From NCBI GenBank assembly GCA_038087875.1, contig CM075995.1:8248001-8312000 (forward strand): a stretch of 64,000 nucleotides of DNA, written 5' to 3'. The position numbers and the translations under genes are program-made. Under the pieces are notes generated by a model. The model did not search any database. It worked only from the letters and a program-made list of their open reading frames with translations, and was not told where the DNA came from. This document shows positions 12,392 through 25,088 of the stretch, piece after piece. The first letter of the stretch is position 1; each line of letters starts with the position of its first letter. The DNA is from Malacoraja senta. Its lineage: Eukaryota.

Positions 12392-12579
12392 ACCGGAGCA
12401 CCCAGAGAAAACCCAGGCAGGTCACGGGGGAAACGTACAAACTCCGTACGGACAACTCCCATAGTCGGGATGGAACCCGGGTCTCTGGCGCAGTGAGGCA
12501 GCAACTCTACCGCTGCACCACCGTGCTGCCCTCCAGGTTATCGCACATTCGGCAGAAACACGGTGAATCGCCCACCTAC

Positions 12580-12955
12580 CTTCCAATACATTCCTGGCGG
12601 ATGCCAACAGCAGAGCCATGCCCATGTTTGCAGTGGCAGCATCCACCACAGAAGGAGTCTTGGCCACCTTCACCCCAAAACTGAAGATCAAAGGCAGGTC
12701 ATAGTGGTCCACACCAACGCCATTGTTCACGATCACCTTCAGGGCAGGGAGCGAGCGGAGAAGCTTCTCATCTACGATGGGATAAAACTCCCACATGAAA
12801 ATAACCTGGATTTTATTTTCAAGCTGCTCCTTGTTCTTCAGGAATTCTTCCATGGTGGCGACTTCGAAATGCTCCCTGATAACGTCTGCACATCTTCGTG
12901 GAACGCCCTGCGTCTCGCTGAGTGCGGAGACCAGAACACAGGCACGATCACTCAT
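12580..12955 (-). CDS. Glyoxylate/hydroxypyruvate reductase-like dehydrogenase, coding exon 1
   Basis: MSDRACVLVS..VDEKLLRSLPALKVIVNNGVGVDHYDL..GVKVAKTPSVVDAATANMGMALLLASARNVLEG; donor gtaggt at 12579; a polypyrimidine/AG acceptor lies 3 nt before the ATG. Confidence 0.93.
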
Positions 12956-13075
12956 CGTCTGTCGGCGCAGGGAAAAGAAAGGGTAGCTGTTTACAGTTTA
13001 GTTTATTGTCACGTGTACCGAGTTACAGTGAAATGCTTTTTGTCGCATGCTATCCAGTCAGCAGAAAAACAAAGC

Positions 13076-13320
13076 GGGCCTGTCCCACTTGGCGAATTTT
13101 TCGGCGGCTGCCGGAGTCATATCAGGGTCACAAAAAGATTGCGAACATTTCAAAATCCAGCAGCGACAGAAAAAATGTTGCGACACTTGAAAAAACACCG
13201 CGCGTCAATACGTCATCACGCCGCGTCACCGTCATGTCACGCTGCGACTTTTTCGTTGACCTGATACATCAGTCAATGATGCCGGCAGTCGACGAAAAAA
13301 TCGCCAAGTGGGACAAGCCC
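13076..13320. mobile_element. PIF/Harbinger-like MITE
   Basis: TIRs GGGCCTGTCCCACTTGGCGA / TCGCCAAGTGGGACAAGCCC, followed by TTA. Confidence 0.75.
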
Positions 13321-13323
13321 TTA

Positions 13324-14099
13324 CAGTGCCCTCCATAATGTTTGGGACAAAGACCCATCATTTATTTATTTGCCTCTGTACTCCACAATTAGAGATTTGT
13401 AATAGAAAGAAAATCACATGTCTATCGACCATTTTTATACATTTTCGTTTCACCATGTAGAAATTACAGCTGTGTTTATACATAGTCCCCCCATTTCATG
13501 GCACCATAATGTTTGGGACACATGGCTTCACAGGTGTTTGTAATTGCTCAGGTGTGTTTAAATGCCTCCTTAATGCAGGTATAAGAGAGCTCTCAGCACC
13601 TAGTCTTTCCTCCAGTCTTTCCATCACCTTTGAAAACTTTTATTGCTGTTTATCAACATGAGGACCAAAGTTGTGCCAATGAAAGTCAAAGAAGCCATTA
13701 TGAGACTGAGAAACAAGAATAGAACTGTTAGAGACATCAGCCAAACCTTAGGCTTAGCAAAATCAACTGTTTGGAACATCATTAAGAAGAAAGAGAACAC
13801 TGCTGAGTTTACTAATTGCAAAGGGACTGGCAGGCCAAGGAAGACCTCCACAGCTGATGACAGAAGAATTCTCTCCACAATAAAGAAAAATCCCCAAACA
13901 CCTGTCTGACAGATCAGAAACATTCTTCAGGGGACAGGTGTGGATTTGTCAATGACCATTGTCCGCAGAAGACTTTATTAAAATCTGACTGTGCACTTAA
14001 ACCACATGTGATTTTTCCTATTACAAATCTCAAATTGTGGAGTACACAGGCAAATAAATAAATGATGTGTCTTCGCCCCAAACATTATGGAGGGCACTG
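13324..14099 (+). mobile_element. Tc1-like internally deleted transposon
   Basis: TA then CAGTGCCCTCCATAATGTTTGGG..., inverted at 14033-14099; N-terminal HTH remnant TVRDISQTLGLAKSTVWNIIKK..GRPRKTS. Confidence 0.92.
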
Positions 14100-14331
14100 T
14101 TCATGATTACAATCGAGCCATTTACAGTGAATAGAATAATACATGATAAGGGAATAACGTTTAATGCCAGGTAAAGCCAGCAATGTCCGATCAAGGATAG
14201 TCCGAGGGACACCAGCGAGTAAATCATCACAAGGAACTGCAGATGCTAGTTTGCAAAGAAAAGACACAAAGTGCTGGAGTAACTCAACGGGTCGGGCAGC
14301 ATCCCTGGAGAAAATGTGGGGATCTCTGATG

Positions 14332-14540
14332 GGCGGCACGGTGGCGCAGCGATAGAGTTACTGCCTTACAGTACCAGAGACCCAGGTTCGATCCTGACTA
14401 CGGGCGCTGTCTGTACGGAGTTTGTACGTTCTCCCCATGACCCGTGTGGGTTTTCTCCGGGATCAACGGTTTCCTCCCACACTCCAAAGACGTACAGTTT
14501 TTTTGGTTAATTGGCTTGATATAAATGTAGGATGGTGTTA
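14332..14540 (+). mobile_element. HE1/V-SINE-like SINE
   Basis: A box TGGCGCAGCGA, B box GGTTCGATCC, central V-type domain. Confidence 0.85.
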
Positions 14541-15539
14541 GTTCATAAGTGATAGGAGCAGAATTAGGCCTTTCGGCCCATCAAGTCTACTCCGCCATTC
14601 AACCATGACTGTTCTATCTTTCCCTCTCAACCCCATTCTCCTGCCTTCTCCCCATAACCCCCGACACCCGTAATAATCAAGAATCTATCGAAACGAATGA
14701 GTGCAGTGAGGTTGAGAACATGAGCCTGATTGGGTTGAAATATATTGACATGATTAGCAATTTCCCCAATGAATGAGATCACAATATTTCATCGCTGATG
14801 AGAGAGACCACATTGTAACAGTAATGGTTTCTGTTGTGAAAATTATCCGTGATAATTTTCCATAAAGCTTTTCAATCCTCATCTATTTCCCTACTCAGTT
14901 AATGATGAACTAAAAGCTCTTGCAGCTCACAGGCATGTGGCCATCAAGAACAAGCCTTCCTTGATAGATATTAACTTGGTTCCTGGAATCAGAGGGGAAA
15001 CTATTTCTCACACACAGGGTGGGTGGGTGCATGTAGGCCCTGCCCATGTTAGACTTCCCAAAATGCAACACCTCACATTTCTCTGTATTAAATTCCATCA
15101 ACCATTCCCCAGCCCACCTGCCCAACCGATCAAGATCCTGCTGCAATTTTTCACATCCATCTTAACTATTCCTCCTGCAATTTTTCACAACCATCTTCAC
15201 TATACATCACAATATTCCATCGCTGATGCGAGACATCACATTGTAACAGTAATGGTTTCTGATGTCAATATTATACCTGATAATTTTCCATAAAACCTTT
15301 CAAATATTTACCTGCTACGTTTCTGATGAACTGAACTCACGGGCATGTGACCTTCCTTGATAGTTGTTAACTTTGTTCCCAGAATTTAATAGGAACCCGA
15401 GGAGCAATTTTAAAGAAACATTTAGATAGGTACATGGATAGGATAGGTTTAGAGGTATATGGGCCAAAACGCAGGCAGGTGGGACTAGTGTAGATGGGAC
15501 ATGTTGGCCGGTGTGGGCAAGTTCATGTTCATAATTAGG

Positions 15540-15950
15540 CCATTCAGCCCATCAAGTCTACTCCGCCATTCAATCATGGCTGATCTATCTTTCCCTCCTA
15601 ACCCCATTCTCCTGCCTTCTCCCCATAACCCCCGACACCCGTGCTAATCCACCTTAAAAATATCCATTGGCAGCCGCCAGCCTTCTGTGGCAATGAATTC
15701 CACAGATTCACCACCCTCTGACTAAAAAAAATTCTGCTCATCTCCTTCCTAAAGGAACGGCCTGTAATTCTGAGCCTAAGCCCTCTGGTCCCAGACTCTC
15801 CCACCAGTAGAATCATCCTCTCCACATCCACTCTATCCAGGCCTTTCACTATTCTGTATGTTTCAATGAGGTCCCCCCTCAACCTTCTAAACTCCAGCGA
15901 GTACAGGCCCAGCGCCTTCTAACGCTCATCATATATTAACCCACTCATTC
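15540..15950 (-). mobile_element. CR1 3' fragment
   Basis: RGDLIETYRIVKGLDRVDVE..FSQRVVNLWNSLPQKA. Confidence 0.85.
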
Positions 15951-16581
15951 CCTGGTTCGTTCGGCCGAAGGGTCTGTTTCCACGCTGAAAGACTCTAATA
16001 AAGTGACACCCAAACTAACTGCTGCCTTTCCAAATCTCTAGCTGCTGTTCAGACACTGAAGTAGGAGTGACCAGGGTGTTTTGGGCAGCTTACAGCCCAG
16101 TGGGATAAATATTGATCTCTCTAACTTCAGATAGCCCCGGCATTCCCTCTCTCTCTATCCCTCCCCCACCCAAGTCGCAGCAGCTTCTCGTTTTCACCCA
16201 ACAAACAGCTAACAATGGCCTGTTCCTTTATCATCGTTACTTTTTTACATATCTTTCATTCATTTGTTCTTTATCTCTCCACTGGTTATTATCCCTAATC
16301 TCGACCCAAAACGTCACCCATTTCTTCTCTCCAGAGATGCTGCCCGTCCCGCTGAGTTACTCCAGCTTTTTGTGTCTACATTAAGTGGAAACTATAGGCT
16401 GGTTAGCCTGACTTCAGTGGTTGGTAGGATTTTAGAGACCAGTATAAAGGATGAGGTTTATGAGTATTTAGAAACACACAATAAAATAGGCTGAAGTCCA
16501 ATAACAAAGTTATGTGTAGGAAGCAACTGCAGATGCTGGTTTACACCTAAGATGGACACCAATAGCTACTATTGAATGCAT

Positions 16582-16882
16582 AGTTTAGTTTAAAGAGATA
16601 CAGTGCGGAAACAGGCCCTTCAGCCCACCAAGTCGACGCCGACCAGAAATCCCCGCACATTAGCACTATCCTACACACGCACTAGGGACAATTTACAATG
16701 ACACCAAGCCAATTAACGTACAAGTGTATACGTCTTTGGAGTGTGGGAGGAAACCGAAGCACCTGGGGAAATCCCAAGCCGGTCACGGGGAGAACGTACA
16801 AACTCCATACAGACAGCAACCGTGGTCGGGATCGAACCTGGGTCTCCGGTGCTGTGAGGCAGCAACTCCACCGCTGCACCAC
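16582..16882 (-). mobile_element. HE1/V-SINE-like SINE
   Basis: Near full-length reverse-strand copy of the SINE family. Confidence 0.85.
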
Positions 16883-17307
16883 CCTAAGACGCATAGACAC
16901 TGAGCATGACGTACAAAAAGTGTTTTTGCACAATTTTCTGTTTTGTTCTGAATAAAAGCTTAAGGTGAAATAGGGAAAGATTTAATGGGAACCTGAGGGG
17001 TGACTTTTTCCACACAATAGGTGGTGGGTGTATGGAACAAGCTGCCAGAGGAGGTAGTTGAGGCAGGTGCTATCACAACGTTTAAGAAACATTTAGACAG
17101 GTACAGGTTTAGTGGGATAGGGGCGAAACGCAGGCAGGTGCGACTAGTGTAGATGGGAAATGTTGGTGGGTGTGGGCAAGTTGGGCTGAAGGGCCTGTTT
17201 CCACACTGTAAGACTCTGTGACTATTAATAAGCACACACTCAATGTGCGCTGCTGAAATGCCGTCGCTTGCACAAGTCTGCACCGATAGGTTAGGAGCGC
17301 TACTCAC

Positions 17308-17470
17308 CCCGTCGCAAACACACACTGACCTCAGCCCTCTCGGTCTCTGCACAGGGTAGTTTGTCGCAGACTCTGGCCCAACTGTGCAGAAGGGAAACTT
17401 GTGCAGTTTGGGGGGACGAGCCTCTCTGTCTTGGACGTTGCTGTCGACGCTCGGTGCAATGAAGTCTCAG
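17308..17470 (-). promoter_or_regulatory. Candidate non-coding first exon / promoter of the dehydrogenase gene
   Basis: Unique CpG-containing sequence ending in a strong donor GGG|GTGAGT at 17307; the ATG exon has an acceptor and so needs an upstream exon. The upstream boundary is a guess. Confidence 0.35.
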
Positions 17471-17721
17471 TCCCCTCCCCTTCCTTTCTCCGTTAACAGC
17501 AATCCCAGCATTTCAATGACTTCTGGAGCAAACGCACCCAGTTGCTAACCTCGCCCCGAACATATCGGGACGGCCATGCTCCTGAAACGTAAACCTGCCT
17601 TATACAAAGTCACATCAGAAACGAAACAATTGTGCCGACAAGGAGAGCAGAGCTAGAGAATTTCATGCTGGCAATAACAAAGTTATATTCAGAGATATTC
17701 AGACAAACTATTATTGATTAT

Positions 17722-18108
17722 TTTTGTGACATATTCACAAATACACACATATATATGTATCATACACACATATGTATCACATATATATATAGATACATAT
17801 ATACCATATATACATATAATGATATATATGTGTGTATATGATATATATATATATATATGTGTATTTGAGTGTATTTTTACACACACTGAACTTTGTTTCT
17901 CGTTTACTAAACTGTTTGTGACATATTCACAAATACACACATATATATGTATCATACACACATATGTATCACATATATATATATAGATACATATATACCA
18001 TATATACATATAATGATATATATGTGTGTATATGATATATATATATATATGTGTATTTGTGAGTGTATTTTTACACACACTGAACTGTTTCTCATTTACT
18101 AAACTGTT
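17722..18108. repeat. Tandem duplicate of an about 190-bp (AT)/(AC)-rich unit; third copy at 25089-25250
   Basis: GTGACATATTCACAAATACACAC...TTTACTAAACTGTTT occurs twice in tandem. Confidence 0.9.
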
Positions 18109-21100
18109 TACAGAGTACTATGTTTACATGTTCACTCTTGACTCTTAGTGATACAGTGTGGAAATAGACCATTCGGCCCAACTTGCCCACACGGGCCAAC
18201 ATGTCCCAGCTACACTAGTCCCACCTGCCTGCGTTTGGTCCATATCCCTCCAAACCTGTCCTATCCATATGTACGTGTCTCACTGTTTCTTGAATGTTGT
18301 GATAGTACCTGCCTCAAAATAAAGATAATTTTAGCAGCCACAAATTTATCTAGTTGAGTTACTGTGAGGCAGACAGAAACCGCTGCTGAGTCACGGTGAC
18401 AGCGGTCATGGTGGCGCAGCGGTAGAGTTGCTGTCTTACAATGCTGGCAGCGTCGGAGACCCGGGTCCAATCCCGACTGCGGGTGCTTGTCTGTGCGGAG
18501 TTTGTATGTTCTCCCCGTGACCCGCGTGGGTTTTCTCCGAGATCTTCGGTTTCCTCCCACACTCCAAAGACGTACATGTTTGTAGGTTAATTGGCTTGGT
18601 AAATGTAAAAATTGGTCCTAGTGGGTGTAGGATAATTCCAGTATAGTCCCTGGTGGACTCTTCGGGAGTGATGACCACAAGACAAGACAAGTCCACAGTA
18701 TCCCAGTGAAATAAAGGAATAGAGATTTCAAATTCCACAGACATGTCACTGGAGTTTAGTTTAGTTTCGTGATACAGTACGGAAACAGGACCTTTGGCCC
18801 ACCGAGTCCGCGCCGACCAGCGATCCCCGCACACTAACACTATCCTACACACACTCGGGACAATTTACAATTTTTTGACCAAAGCCAATCAGCCTACTAA
18901 CCTGTAGGTCTTTGGAGTGTGGGAGGAAACTGGAGCAACTGGAGAAAACCCACGCAGTCACAGGGGGAATGTACAAACTCTGTACAGACAGCATGCATGG
19001 TCAGGATGGAACCCGGGTCGCTGGCGCTGTGAGGCAGCAACTCTACCGCTGCGCCACCGTGCAAAGTAAAACCTTGCTAGTTGAAGAAAGTTGTGTGAGA
19101 AACTAAAGAACTGTGCCTACGGGGAAATCAGGGCTTGAGAATTTCTGGCTGGCAATAACAAAGTTATGGGTAGGAAGCAATTGCAGATGCTGGTTTACAC
19201 CGAAGATAGACACAAAATGCTGGAGTTACTCAGTGGGACAGGCAGCATCTCTGGAGAGAAGGGTCTTGACCATAAAAGTCACTCATTCCTTCTCTCCAGG
19301 GATGCTGCCTGTCCCGCTGAGTTACACCAGCATTTTGTGTCTATCTTTTATGGTGTTCAGTACTGTGTTTACAGAGCTGTTATACTTCTGCAAGAAAGGA
19401 TTTCATTGTTCTGTGTCCACACATATTAAACACTGAAGATTGACAAAAAAATGCTGGAGTAACTCAGCGGGACAGGCAAAATTTCTGGAGGGAAAGAATG
19501 GGTGACTTTTCCAGTCGATATTCTTCTTTAGACTGAGAGTCAGGGGAGAGGGAGACACAGAGATATGGAAGTGTTTCAGAGAGAACTGCAGATGCTGGAA
19601 AAATATGATATGAAAGGTGAGGTGTGAAAACGAGAGATCAAAGGGGATGGTGTTTAAGGAAAATCATTCACACACTCTCTTTTTCACACAGAGAATTGTG
19701 AGTGTGGAATTCTCTGCCTCAGAGGGCAGTGCAGGCAGGTTCTCTGGACACTTTCAAGAGAGAGCTAGATAGGGCTCTTAAAGATAGTGGAGTGAAGGGA
19801 TATGGGGAGAAGGCAGGAACGGGGTAATGATTGTGGATGATCAGCCATGATCACATTGAATGGCGGTGCTGGCTCAAAGGGCCGAATGGCCTAGGCCTGC
19901 ACCTATTGTCTATTGTCTATCATTGTTATTTGGGGGAAGGTGACAACGAAGCATACAAAGTCAAAGTCAGGAGGACTGTCAGACTGGTCGGAGAACAAGG
20001 ATGGGGGAGGGATGGAGTTGCAATGCAAGGGTTACTTGTAGTCATTCATACCACTGGGGTGTAAGCTGCCCAAGTGAAATACGAGGTGCTGTTCCTCCAA
20101 TTTGCGTTGGGCCTCACTCTGACATTCTTTGGTGTAAACCAGCATCTGCAGTTCCTTCCTACATAATTCAGCCATATTGATGTTTTCAACTAATTACCCC
20201 GATATTTACAAAAATACAGATTTAATTGAATGTATCACGTTGTGTAATCAAATATATTGAAATTTAAAATGCAAAGTAAGGTGCCTCTGACTAAAAGGAA
20301 TGCAAATATGACCCACTGATTACAAATATAACTCTACAAGGGAGAAAACATTGAGACATTGTGTCTGGAATTTAGAGTAGTAATCAATACCAATGTTAAT
20401 CCCTAAAATTAGAAAGTCTGAAGAATGTCGCCCATTCCTTCTCTCCAGAGATGCTGCCTGTCTCGCTGAGTTACTCTGGCATTTTGTGTCTATCTTCGTT
20501 TTAAACCAGTGTCAGCAGTTCCTTCCTACACATTTCGTCAACTCCTGAAACTTCTTTTGCATGTTGCCAAAAGTTCAGTTTAAATGGTTTATGAAACGTC
20601 TAATAATTAGGGCGGCACGGTGGTGCAGCGGCAGAGTTGCTGCCTTGCAGCGCTGGACACCCGGGTTTGATCGTGACCACGGGTGCTGTCTGTACGGAGT
20701 TTGTACGTTCTCCCTGTGACCTGCTGGGGTTTTTTTCGGTTGCTCCAGTTTCTTCCCACACTGCAAAGACGTAGGTTAATTGGCTTTGGGAAAATTGTAA
20801 AATAGTCCTTAGTGTGTGCAGGATAGTGCTAGTGTCCAGAGATCGCTGGCTGGCTCGGGGTCAGTGGGCCAAAGTGCCTGTTTCTGTGCTGTTTCTCTAA
20901 ACTAAACTAATGCAGAAATCAGAGCAAGAGGCTGGGCTCCAGAAACAGACACATGCACAGTGTTGTTCTGTGTTATGTAGAGGGAGACACAGGGATATGG
21001 AAGGGTAAAGTGTGAAAGGTCAATGAAACACTCGTGACTCTGGGATAATGGTGCCTAATTACTACAGGATGACCCCCCCCCCTCCCCCTTAAATACAGGC

Positions 21101-21170
21101 TGATCCATGGGTTTGTGTGATGGGAGATCATGTCTCACGAATTTGATTGAGTTTTTGAAGAAGTAACTAA

Positions 21171-22001
21171 GTCCGCCTAGTCTGGTTGTCTTTTTATCTT
21201 TTTTATTTTTAGTCTGTTTAAAGTATGGTTTTTTTTGTATTTTATGTGGGGGAGGAGGGGAGGGTAATAGGGAATCCGTCCTTCAGTCACTTCCTGGCGA
21301 GGATGCGACTATTATCCGAGGCGCGCCTTCGCCCACCTCCTCGCGGCCTACCTACTGGATTGGCGCGGCCTTTCCTGCTGGGGCTAGACCATAGCTTCAG
21401 CAGCAGCGGCGCAGCGCTGGATATATCCCGGAGCGGGCGATGCCTTACCTGGGATCGCCGTTTGAAGTTCCGGAGTGTTGAGCCTGCTGCATCAACATCG
21501 CAGAGCTGTGGTTTGCGGAGTTCCCAGCGCGGGCGGTGCTGACCAACATCGCAGAGTCCTGGAACCCTTTGCCGGGGGCCGCCAGAGTTGAATCTCCGCC
21601 AGCTCTGCCTGTGGACTTCGGGAGCCGCAGACTCCGGTGGGAGGTGGCCGATTCAGAGGTCCAGGCCGCTGAGGGCATTCTTCCGTTCGACGTCGGAGTT
21701 CCATCGTTCCCGGCGAGAGGGCCTGAACACCGGGCCGCCCGTAACGGCGACTGCGGGAGGCTCGGGAGGCCACGACCATGGGTGAACATCGGGGAACATC
21801 AGCGAGGAGGTTGACTGGACTTTCGTTCCTTCCCTCACAATGGGGAACTTTGGTGCCGCTGTTGGGATGTTTGTGTTGTGGACTATTGTTTTGTTCTGTG
21901 TTTTAGTCTTTACATTTTTTAAATTCTTTTGACTGTATGGGAAATAGCATTTCGTTGTCTCTTACTTGAAGACAATGACAATAAATTGAATCAAATCAAA
22001 T
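21171..22001 (+). mobile_element. GC-rich non-autonomous retroelement with Rex/Babar-like 3' end
   Basis: Ends ATTTCGTTGTC..GACAATGACAATAAA plus (TCAAA)n; the empty site is visible in the inverted copy at about 24430. Confidence 0.75.
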
Positions 22002-22447
22002 CAAGAAGGTTGACAAGGGTAAGACCATCTTCTTCTTAGGCCCCCCGGTGTATGGGCCATGGGTGTCTCCAGGGTTGGAGGACGCCAGTCCGTGACTTTG
22101 TTTAACGTGGGGAGACTGGTGCACAGACAGCCACCACACGGTCCTTGACAGATCTGGGTCAGGATTTAGTGGTATGGAGTCCAACACGACTGGAGAACCG
22201 TTTCTGCTGCAGCCTTCATCCGCCTTCCCAGCTGTTGTGACGCTCCACTAAGGTCAGCCATCGTCGTCCGCCTGTTCCACCGTTGAGGTCTTGGTTGGAT
22301 TGCTCTTTGTCAGAGACCTCCCCCTCGAAACATTGTCTATTTCCTTCGCTCCATAGATGCTGCCTCATCCGCTGAGTTTCTCCAGCATTTTTGTCTATCC
22401 ATATGTACGTGTCTCACAGTTTCTTGAATGTTGTGATAGTACCTGCC

Positions 22448-22491
22448 CTGGGGCAGATCGACTATTAAACTAATGAAGCTTAAGCTTCAGG
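22448..22491 (+). mobile_element. hAT-like element end A (second copy at 28725-28770)
   Basis: TACCTGCC then CTGGGGCAGATC(G/T)AC..AAGCTTAAGCTTCAGG; the other end with the same 8-mer is at 34072-34120. Confidence 0.65.
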
Positions 22492-22594
22492 AAACCTAAT
22501 CCCAGAAGCGACTTTAGTCCAGATATTCTTCGGATTTAAATCGGAATTCCGATTTTGTTTGTTTTCCTAGAAATGAATCTGATTTTTCACCTGG

Positions 22595-23100
22595 ACTAAA
22601 CCCCTCGCCTCTTGTCTCGAATAAACTTCACCTCACACTTAAACCTCAACTCACTAAACCTTGTCTCGACTAAACCTCCCACCTCACACCTAATCCCCGC
22701 CTCGACTAATGGCCGCCTCCCTCCCTCCCTCCCTCCCTCCCGCTCGCTCCCACGGGGAGGGGCTGCAGCCGCCACGGGCGGGACTCGGTCTCGACGTCAA
22801 CGTCTGCGCGCGTGCGCCCCTCCCACCCCCACCGCCTCTCTCGGGCAGTGCGCCTGCGCCGCTCTCCGCGCTCGGCCCCGCCCCCCCTGGTTGGAGCCGT
22901 TGGTTCCGCTGAGCGCGAGCGGGAGAGAGGCGGCGATTATTCGAGGCGCGGATTAGGTGTCAGGTGTCGTCGTGAGGTGTCGTAGAGGTGAGGGGATTAG
23001 TCGAGGTGTAAGTGTGTAGGTGAGGGGATTAGTCGAGGTGTAAGTGTGTACGTGAGGGGATTAGTCGAGGTGTAAGTGTAGGTGAGGGGAAGTGAGTGTA
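22595..23100. promoter_or_regulatory. CpG-rich promoter-like module flanked by inverted repeats, copy 1
   Basis: GACGTCA, GCGCGTGCGC/GCGCCTGCGC, GCCCCGCCC and CCGTTG motifs; inverted arms about 22680-22726 and 22921-22966; 32-bp minisatellite at 22988-23090. Confidence 0.5.
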
Positions 23101-23949
23101 GGTGAGGTGAGGAGAAGTGGGTGTCTGAGCTCAGGAAGGGAGACCAAGGTGCTGCTGAAGGAGATGAGACCACTGCCTTCTGTGGCAGAGAATTCCACAC
23201 ATTCACAACTCTGGGTGAAAACGTTTTTTCTCATCTCAGTGCTAGGTAAAGAGACATTTCGGGTAACATTTTTTGTAAAGATTTTTTTAGCTGTATGAGG
23301 CCATTTATTGAAACATATAAGATTATTAAGGGTTTGAACACGCTAGAGGCGGGAAACTCGTTTCCAATGTTGGGGGAGTCCAGAACCAGGGGCCACAGTT
23401 TAAGAATAAGGGGGAGGCCATTTAACGGAGATGAGGAAATACTTTTTCACACAGAGAGTTGTGAACCTGTGGAATTCTCTGCCTCAGGGCAGTGGAAGCC
23501 AATTCTACACAGGTTCAGTTTCAACTTTCTTTAAAGCACAGAATTATGTATGACACAAGAAGAGGACTTTACACATGTTTAAGCACTCCACCTGTCCCTA
23601 TCCCCTGCTGTCTTCTTGCAGCTTTGCGATGTATTTCTGACACAATGGTCCATTCTACATTTGCTTAGCAACATCTGTTTTGATCTCTCGTTTTCACACC
23701 TTATCCTTCCATATCTCTGTCTCCCTTTCTCCTGACTCTCAGTCTGAAGAAAGGTCTCTACTGGAAAGGTCACGCATTCCTTCTCTCAAGAGACGCTGCC
23801 TGTCCCGTTGGGTTACTCCGGCATTTTGTGTCTGTCTTCGGCATAAACCAGCATCTGCAGTTGTTTCCTACACACTGTATCGAACTAGCTCGCTCTTCTT
23901 GGACGCCATGCAATCTGACCTTCCGGAGCAGCTTACTATGTTGAATGTT

Positions 23950-24405
23950 ATGGAAGGCCGTCCTGAAGTCCGTATGGACAATGCATATGGTCTCCGTGGA
24001 TTGTCACCTTGTCGTGGTGGAGAAGCTTGTCTCCTGAGATCCTGAGAGCGATGCCGCTTGGAGCTATGCTCCTGGTAGGGCCACCCATGGCAGTAAGGTC
24101 GAGGGGGAGGACTCTGAAAAAGAGCAATCCAACCAAGACCTCAACGGTGGAACAGGCAGAGGACGATGGCTGACCTTAGTGGAGAGTCACAACGGCTGGG
24201 AAGGCGGATGAAGGCTGCAGCAGAAAAGGGTCCCCGGTCGTCTTGGACTCCATGCCACTGGATCCTGACCCGGATCTGTCAAGGACCGTGTGGTGGCTGT
24301 TTGTGTACCAGTCTCCCCACGTTAAACAAAGTCACGTACTGGTGTCCTCAAACCCTGGAGACACCCATGGTCAGCCCTGACCGAGGGGGGCCTAAAAAGA
24401 AGATG
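23950..24405 (+). mobile_element. RTE (Expander/Rex3-like) non-autonomous element; partial inverted copies at 22025-22325 and 28300-28602
   Basis: CACCTTGTCGTGGTGGAG..GCTCCTGGTAGGG.CACCCATGGC resembles RTE 5' UTRs; (AAG)n tail. Confidence 0.55.
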
Positions 24406-25073
24406 GTCTTACCCTTGTCAACCTTCTTGGTTACTTCCTCAAAAACTCAATCAAATTCGTGAGACATGATCTCCCATCACACAAACCCATGGATCAGCCT
24501 CTATCTAAGGGGGGAGAATTCTTCCTGTAGTAATCAGACACCATTGTCCCAGAGTCAAGAGTGTTTCATTGACCCTTCACACTTTACCCTTCCATATCCC
24601 TGCGTCTCACTCTGTACATAACACAGAGCATGAGCAGATAACTGTGCATATGCCTGTTTTCGGAGCCCAGCCTCTTGCTACGATTTCTGCATTAGTTCAG
24701 TTTAGTTTAGTTTAGAGAAACAGCGCGGAAACAGGCACTTCCGCCCACTCAGCCCGCGCCGGCGAGCGATCACTGCACACGAACGCTATCCTGCACACAC
24801 TAGGGACTATTTTACAATTTTACCAAAGCCAATTAACCTACGTCTTTGGAGTGTGGGAGGAAACTGGAGCAACCGGAGAAACCCCACGCAGGTCACGGGG
24901 AGAACGTACAAGCTCCGTACAGATCGAACCCGGGTCTCCGGCGCTGCAAGGCAGCAACTCTGCCGCTGCACCACCATGCCGCCCTAATTATTAGACATGT
25001 TCCATAAAGAATTTAAACTGAACTTTCGCCAAAGTGCAAAAGAAGTTACAGGAGTTGACAAAATGTGTAGGAA
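24100..25073 (-). repeat. Inverted copy of the duplicated segment, left part
   Basis: Reverse complement of 20520-21170 joined directly to 22002-22325. Confidence 0.9.
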
Positions 25074-25088
25074 ACATAGAAACATAGA

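Larger units (their letters stand above)
17920..22998 (+). repeat. Segmental duplication, copy 1
   Basis: Colinear with 25089-29260 across many unrelated repeat junctions. Confidence 0.92.

Noticed and set aside
12563..13338. Long plus-strand ORFs (233 and 138 aa)
   Set aside because: Antisense shadow of the dehydrogenase exon running into repeats.
17632..18078. Tyr/Ile-rich ORFs
   Set aside because: Dinucleotide microsatellite translations.
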